From contig JAFGBS010000028.1 of NCBI GenBank assembly GCA_016933055.1, forward strand, positions 210,001-242,000: DNA of 32,000 nt, given 5' to 3'. This DNA is from Promethearchaeota archaeon. GTDB lineage: Archaea; Asgardarchaeota; Lokiarchaeia; Sigyniarchaeales; Promethearchaeaceae. The position numbers were made by a program, and so were the translations under genes. The notes below the pieces were generated by a model. It searched no databases and was not told where the DNA came from. It was given only the letters and a program-made list of their open reading frames with translations. Below are positions 26,440 to 32,000 of the stretch, piece by piece; positions within the stretch are counted from its first letter, which is position 1, and each line of letters starts with the position of its first letter.

Positions 26440-29400
26440 ATGAATGATTTTGGGGTAAATTCTAAGAACGAAAAAATCAAGAAATTAACCGACGCGCTTT
26501 GGAGATTTTGGTGGTTAGTTTTATTTCTTTTTATATTACCCATAGGAATTGCTGGTATAATTGGATTTAGTGTAAATCGAATTTTGGCATCAAAAATTTC
26601 GTGGATAAATGAGTTCTCTTATTCTCTTTTTCTATTGCTAATACCGATATTTCTTCTAGTTTTTTTAATACCGTATGAAAAATACCGTAAACATAAGTTC
26701 TTTATTTCTACAAATCTACCCACCTATAAACACGTAATATTCTTCACATTAATCCCCCTTATACCCCAATTGTACTATCAAATCGTAAAGATCATATTAG
26801 TTAGACTAAATATTGAATATTCAATATTTTTTGGAGATTTAGGGCTCTTTAATAGGATTTTAACTCCCATGGTTTCTATAATAACTATTGGTTTTTATCT
26901 CTATACTCGAAAACCTTCATCAGCAGTAATATTTTCTACCACTATAAAAACGATTGACAAAATTGTCATTATCTTATATCTAACGATACAAAGCATTTCA
27001 ATAGTGATATTCCCTAATCGATTGAATTTGCCTTTCTTAATCCTGAATGCTTTGCTGTTTACTGTTTTCATGGGAGTATTTCATTTTGGTCTAATTAAAA
27101 ACTCCTCCACAGAGGAAAAATTACCATTAGATTTCAAAATTCGCTTACTGTTTAATATTTGTACTGTTATGGGTCTGATTTGTTCGATTTTGTTGATTGG
27201 ATGGATCTTCTGGTTGTATTACGCACTTGATATATACATTATCATTATGCAGACACCTTTAATTCTCATTCTTTCCCTAAAAGGTATGATTATATATTCT
27301 TATAATCAAGTACTAAATACTCAATTATCGGATACGGTTAAATCACAGAAATCATTACCGGTAATCAATTCATTCTTGGCATTTATTCTAATTCTGGTTT
27401 GTATTTGCTTTTTTATCTACTCCTGGAATCAATTGATATTCGAAATAATAACTATTGCGTATCTAATTATAATTTTCATTTGGATAGGATTAGATTACCG
27501 AACTAAGATTATATCAACAATTAATGCAAAAATAGCAAGCTTGCTTTCCTCCCTGTTATTAATTAGTTTAATCACCATTATTATTCCAATAGCACCTATA
27601 TATCAAATAACAATTGGTTCTGTATTACTGTACCTCGATCTGGCACTATTATCTTATTGGAGAATACTTGATAGAAATAAAATAGCAGTAATTCATGCAT
27701 TTTTATTTTCGGCAATAATTTTAGAGGTCTTTTATACACTATGGGACTTAGTGGTAGTTCGATTAGAATCCCTACTAACAAATCCCAGTTTAATTATATG
27801 GTTGCGAGTTTTTTTGTTTTCGTTTGCATTTTTAGTATCAACAATATTATCATTATTTCGAGTCGTGTTGAAAAGATTCAAAGGAAAAGTATCTCGATTT
27901 ATAAAATGGGTATTTTTAGTTGTACATTTTATGCTTGGGGTGGCTATAACTGGAATAGTGTATCTCACACTCGGAAAAATAATCGTAGGAGTGTTAGAAC
28001 CATTCTGGATTTTCTTCAAGATTCTCGCTCCGTTAATTATATATATCCCAATAAACGTTGGAGTATTCAAAATCTATTATAAATATGGAATATATTCCAG
28101 ACGTAGCATAATTAATATCGATGCATATAGTATTAACTTAATTTCTTTACTCTTAGGAATTTCAGCCGTAATTTTTTTACGATCAGTGGGCTCCTATCTA
28201 ATTTTAGGATTTTTATTCACAATTAGCATTATATTACATCTATACTTAAAGAAAAAAAATCAATTTCTGGAAGATTTAACCTATCAGAAATGGATGGTAG
28301 TCTTTCATCCATTAATGCTTTTTGAAATAAACATAGGATTATTACTTATTTTTATCCAAAATTTGTCGTTAAGTGTCTCCCTTTCGATTTTTACTGCAAT
28401 GCTAATTACCCAAGTTGTGCTATTTGTGTTTAGAAAGCTGAAGTTTCTATTCGGTGACCGATTTGCTATCTCTTATAATATACTTTCAATTATGCTGCAA
28501 GGTATTTTTCTTCCCATATATTTAGATTCAATTATTGATGCTTTCATAATTAATCTGGGCGCTGAACTTACCACTTTCCTTTCATTTTTATGCCCTATTA
28601 CCATAATTTCAATATATTTACTGATTTTTTTCACCTATAGTTTAAGAAATGGAATTTTGACTTCAAAAATTGCTGTTAAATTTACAAACTTATTGTATTT
28701 TTCGACATATATCATGTTCTCATTGATTCCTACCTACGTTCTTCAAATACTTCAGCAAAACCCTATCACAGGAAGATTTTTATCTGAAATATTCTATTTT
28801 TCCGCTTCCTTACTTGTTTGGATTCTGTTCGATAGCTTTACTATTCATGGAATGATATTTGGACCAAAAAAGTGGATATTGCTAGCGATTGAAGACAGTA
28901 TATTTCTAGAAAATCCTACCAAGAAAAAAATATTTCAAATACAATCTGCAACTGGAATTGAGTTAATTTTTAATTCAGAAAATGAAGTAAAGATCGATGA
29001 TTCAGTGGTCTCGAAATATTTAAACCGACCAGAACTATTCTACGAGCCCAAAAACACTTCAGATCTTTTGTTAGGCCATTTTTCTTGGGTCCTTTCTGTT
29101 TTTGTAAATCTGATATCTGTACTATATGTAATTCAGACAACAAATATAATTCAGATTTCTTTTGGTTTAGCACTTTTTCTTCCTGGATTATTGTCTTATG
29201 TGACGCTTATTCTATTATACAAGTTCAAGATTGTAAAAAATCCATTAAAACAAATTTTCTACAATGTTAATTTTATTTATAATATTTTTTCTGGTGCTGT
29301 AATACTATTTCCCATCATTCAACAACCCTTGATTTCTATATTAGGAATTACTAATGCCTCTCTTGTCGCACTAGTCTGTTCAGCAGCTTTTGCATTTTCA

Positions 29401-32000
29401 TCTTTCCATATTCTTAAGAAAAGATTGGTTTCTCGCACTCCAGGCTTCTATTATATCACATTATTTATTCTATGGGTGCTATTCTCCACGATTTTAATTA
29501 TTTCTATTTCATTTACTGCCAGTGTATTATCAAGCGTTGAAGGATTAGAAAATACCTTCCTTGTCGCGGTATTTTCAAACTCCTTTTTTATTGTCTTTTT
29601 GACACTTAGTTTCATTACTCTAGCCTTTCTGGGTGCTATAGGTTATATTTTCAAGTATAACACTGTAATTTTGCAACGGGTCCCGATATATACATTTTTT
29701 ACAGAGGAAGAGCTAAAGAACGGAGAAATATCTAAGCAAGAATTAGAATTTTTAGAAAAACGAGGTTTTGCTTCAAAAAAGACTGAGGATTTCTTAAAAG
29801 AACGCGTCAAGTTGTTAAAAACTTTCAAATTTCGACATTATGCTAGCATTTTCACATATATGATTTCTCCCATTTCCTTGTTCATTTTAGGAATTCTTGC
29901 GGGGAATTTAGGATACGCATTATTTACACGTTCTCTGTTGTTAGAAGCTTTTGTTGCTTATTTATTGAGCATCCTATTAGGTTTCACAATAGATAATAGA
30001 TGGACAAAATATGTTAATCGCGAGTTAAACAATCAAATCCGATGCATAGTGTGGATCATTTTTCAAGTTATTATATCCATTTCCGTTGCTTTATTACTAG
30101 AATTAACGTGGTATGGTCGAATTCTCCTTTTTCTGCAAATTTATTCCATATTAATGCCCCCATTAAATTATTTTTTAAAAAATGCAGGATTTAAAGTAAT
30201 AAAATGGACAGAACGCACTGAGGAATTTACAAAATTACTAATGGTTATTACATCGACCGCATATTTAGCCAATCTCTCCTTAAGTACATTCTTCATCCAT
30301 TTACATTCATCTACAACAAAGATCTTAGGATATGTCCCCTTTTTATTGCTGATAGTTCATATCATATTCCATATCACCTATTTTCGGAAAGAAACATCCC
30401 TTAAACGCTTTTATCGAACCTACAATTTATCATTTCCCTTTATCATGATCAGCCTGTACTTAATTAGATACCAAACACAAATATACGAACTTTTTCCACC
30501 TTGGGTGCCGGTTCTTTCTATAATTTCTCCGATTTTATCTGTTATATTGTTATGGTTTGCGTTATTCTATTATTATTCCATGGTTAAACAATTCAATATT
30601 ATTCTGAATTTCTTCTACCAATTTATTCTTATTTTTATTGGGTCTATCTATATTCTTCACTTAGTCATAATTCCCCTAAGCACTCAGTATGGTTATGGAT
30701 ATTTACATACTGATCAGATATTGGTAAGTTGTGCTATAACGTTTATTGGTTTTTACTATATACGTAAGGCAGCATATTTCGAGATATACAAAGGCTTTTT
30801 GCAAGAGGAACCTGTTCGATTCCGCTCTATAGGGATTATTGCTGGAATATTGCGTACTGTAGGAGTTATTTTATTCGTTGGTTCTATCCTAAGATTAGTA
30901 AATGTCATCTTTAATATCGCAATAACTCGTTGGACTATAACAACTTTAAATCTCTGGCAATTATCATTAATAAATTCCATTTTTAATTGGTCATTGGCTA
31001 GTTTTCTAGGTCTATTTTTATTTCTCTTCTTCTTAAAAGGATATTTCAAAAATTTTGACCAATATTCTTATAATTCTCGATTTATAATTCGCATTTTTAC
31101 CGTGCTTGCAGCATCTTTTGCAGTAGGAATGACAGTTATTCTTTATGAAACTACATATTTATTTGCATTGCCGCCTATATTAGTCGGTTGTTATTTTTGG
31201 CTATATTTTATTCAGAAAAAGAATCCTTATAGAGCAAACTTAACCATAGGCGCAGCAAAATCCATTCTGGTCTTTTTCTTCGTCTTCTGGACGTTGCATC
31301 AATATATTTTCAGATATTTATTTGGATCAATACTTATTTCTTCATCTCTTCTAACTACCATAGAATTATTACTATCTGCTGGCATCACTGGATTTGTATT
31401 TTCCCGGACCTTCCAAAATATTATCCTAAAAGGAAAAAATACCTTCTCCTGGATATTATTAGTGAGTTCAGTTAGTGCTATTTGTTATAGTTGCTTTCTT
31501 TCTTTGGATAATCTTGGACTTATAATTTCAGAACCGACAATAGAATTGGATTTCACCTTAAATTTGACTCTTACTCTTAATTTTGGGATTTTATTATTGT
31601 ATCTAGCTGTGGCTGTCCATCAATGGAAAATATCAAAAAAGATTTGGGATGTAGCATGGTGGTTATGGTTGTTCCTACCAATAATTAACTTCACGATTAT
31701 TTATCAATCTATAAGGGGTATAGATACTATTACAGAATCATTTTTTGTATTTGGATTAGAGGTTTCTGGTTCCGTATTATTAACAATAATAATATCTACA
31801 TTACTATATTTACCCATTATTTTAACCAAGTTTCAGAAAGCATACAAATGGTTTTTCTTTTTAACATGGATTGAAGCGATTCCCGTATGGATCTGGCTAG
31901 CTCCAAACATATTTCGAGATCCTAATTCTATATATTTATCTCCCTTATTTGTAACTGGATTATCTTTAATTTCTGCTGTTCCACTTCTATTTTCATTAAA
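26440..32000 (+). CDS. Giant polytopic membrane protein, 3'-truncated by the window (more than 1853 aa, about 50 TM helices)
   Basis: ATG at 26440. I read the frame codon by codon to 32000 and found no stop. It begins MNDFGVNSKNEKIKKLTDALWRFWWLVLFLFILPIGIAGIIGF. It is absent from the ORF track, presumably because no stop lies in the window. Confidence 0.9.
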   Translation, partial: MNDFGVNSKNEKIKKLTDALWRFWWLVLFLFILPIGIAGIIGFSVNRILASKISWINEFSYSLFLLLIPIFLLVFLIPYEKYRKHKFFISTNLPTYKHVIFFTLIPLIPQLYYQIVKIILVRLNIEYSIFFGDLGLFNRILTPMVSIITIGFYLYTRKPSSAVIFSTTIKTIDKIVIILYLTIQSISIVIFPNRLNLPFLILNALLFTVFMGVFHFGLIKNSSTEEKLPLDFKIRLLFNICTVMGLICSILLIGWIFWLYYALDIYIIIMQTPLILILSLKGMIIYSYNQVLNTQLSDTVKSQKSLPVINSFLAFILILVCICFFIYSWNQLIFEIITIAYLIIIFIWIGLDYRTKIISTINAKIASLLSSLLLISLITIIIPIAPIYQITIGSVLLYLDLALLSYWRILDRNKIAVIHAFLFSAIILEVFYTLWDLVVVRLESLLTNPSLIIWLRVFLFSFAFLVSTILSLFRVVLKRFKGKVSRFIKWVFLVVHFMLGVAITGIVYLTLGKIIVGVLEPFWIFFKILAPLIIYIPINVGVFKIYYKYGIYSRRSIINIDAYSINLISLLLGISAVIFLRSVGSYLILGFLFTISIILHLYLKKKNQFLEDLTYQKWMVVFHPLMLFEINIGLLLIFIQNLSLSVSLSIFTAMLITQVVLFVFRKLKFLFGDRFAISYNILSIMLQGIFLPIYLDSIIDAFIINLGAELTTFLSFLCPITIISIYLLIFFTYSLRNGILTSKIAVKFTNLLYFSTYIMFSLIPTYVLQILQQNPITGRFLSEIFYFSASLLVWILFDSFTIHGMIFGPKKWILLAIEDSIFLENPTKKKIFQIQSATGIELIFNSENEVKIDDSVVSKYLNRPELFYEPKNTSDLLLGHFSWVLSVFVNLISVLYVIQTTNIIQISFGLALFLPGLLSYVTLILLYKFKIVKNPLKQIFYNVNFIYNIFSGAVILFPIIQQPLISILGITNASLVALVCSAAFAFSSFHILKKRLVSRTPGFYYITLFILWVLFSTILIISISFTASVLSSVEGLENTFLVAVFSNSFFIVFLTLSFITLAFLGAIGYIFKYNTVILQRVPIYTFFTEEELKNGEISKQELEFLEKRGFASKKTEDFLKERVKLLKTFKFRHYASIFTYMISPISLFILGILAGNLGYALFTRSLLLEAFVAYLLSILLGFTIDNRWTKYVNRELNNQIRCIVWIIFQVIISISVALLLELTWYGRILLFLQIYSILMPPLNYFLKNAGFKVIKWTERTEEFTKLLMVITSTAYLANLSLSTFFIHLHSSTTKILGYVPFLLLIVHIIFHITYFRKETSLKRFYRTYNLSFPFIMISLYLIRYQTQIYELFPPWVPVLSIISPILSVILLWFALFYYYSMVKQFNIILNFFYQFILIFIGSIYILHLVIIPLSTQYGYGYLHTDQILVSCAITFIGFYYIRKAAYFEIYKGFLQEEPVRFRSIGIIAGILRTVGVILFVGSILRLVNVIFNIAITRWTITTLNLWQLSLINSIFNWSLASFLGLFLFLFFLKGYFKNFDQYSYNSRFIIRIFTVLAASFAVGMTVILYETTYLFALPPILVGCYFWLYFIQKKNPYRANLTIGAAKSILVFFFVFWTLHQYIFRYLFGSILISSSLLTTIELLLSAGITGFVFSRTFQNIILKGKNTFSWILLVSSVSAICYSCFLSLDNLGLIISEPTIELDFTLNLTLTLNFGILLLYLAVAVHQWKISKKIWDVAWWLWLFLPIINFTIIYQSIRGIDTITESFFVFGLEVSGSVLLTIIISTLLYLPIILTKFQKAYKWFFFLTWIEAIPVWIWLAPNIFRDPNSIYLSPLFVTGLSLISAVPLLFSL

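Noticed and set aside
23790-31049. ORF-track entries 23790..24002, 24058..24279, 25963..26238, 27596..27781, 27732..28070, 27741..28082, 28970..29173, 29085..29270, 29643..29828, 30756..31049
   Set aside because: All overlap real genes; the last seven lie within the giant ORF starting at 26440.
26440-32000. Calling the giant membrane protein a Piezo homolog
   Set aside because: Only the size and TM density are similar. No pore or cap motif is visible and the C-terminus is outside the window.

Overview
AT-rich window that looks like Asgard archaeal DNA (Lokiarchaeia/Promethearchaeia-like). This is inferred from Rab-like and Rag-like small GTPases, longin/DENN-like domains, PCI-like winged helices and a PGY-type Loki-CTERM anchor. 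Left to right it contains: (1) a 5'-truncated multi-zinc-finger gene and a Rab-like GTPase; (2) a 1.6-kb islet bracketed by a 46-bp palindrome-containing direct repeat (42/46 identical), holding an intact hicBA pair plus four decayed genes absent or incomplete in the ORF track (SBBP-repeat fragment, frameshifted DUF433, ParE-type toxin remnant and its antitoxin); (3) a Rag-like GTPase-wHTH-longin fusion; (4) a tightly coupled 15-kb operon encoding a MacB/LolD-type ATPase with a PCI-like tail, FtsX-type permease 1, a 1284-aa surface protein ending in a TRAP-beta-like domain, a 1468-aa apparently catalytically dead subtilase with a cytosolic zinc ribbon, and permease 2; (5) a Loki-CTERM beta-propeller protein, metallophosphoesterase, alpha/beta hydrolase, rhomboid protease, DENN/longin-like wHTH protein and a small membrane protein; (6) an ORF of more than 1853 codons with about 50 TM helices that runs off the right edge and is missing from the ORF track. 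No rRNA, tRNA, CRISPR array, integrase or transposase was seen. The best candidates for a new system are the ABC/pseudoprotease operon, the repeat-bounded TA islet and the giant membrane protein. All family assignments are by-eye motif recognition, not database searches.
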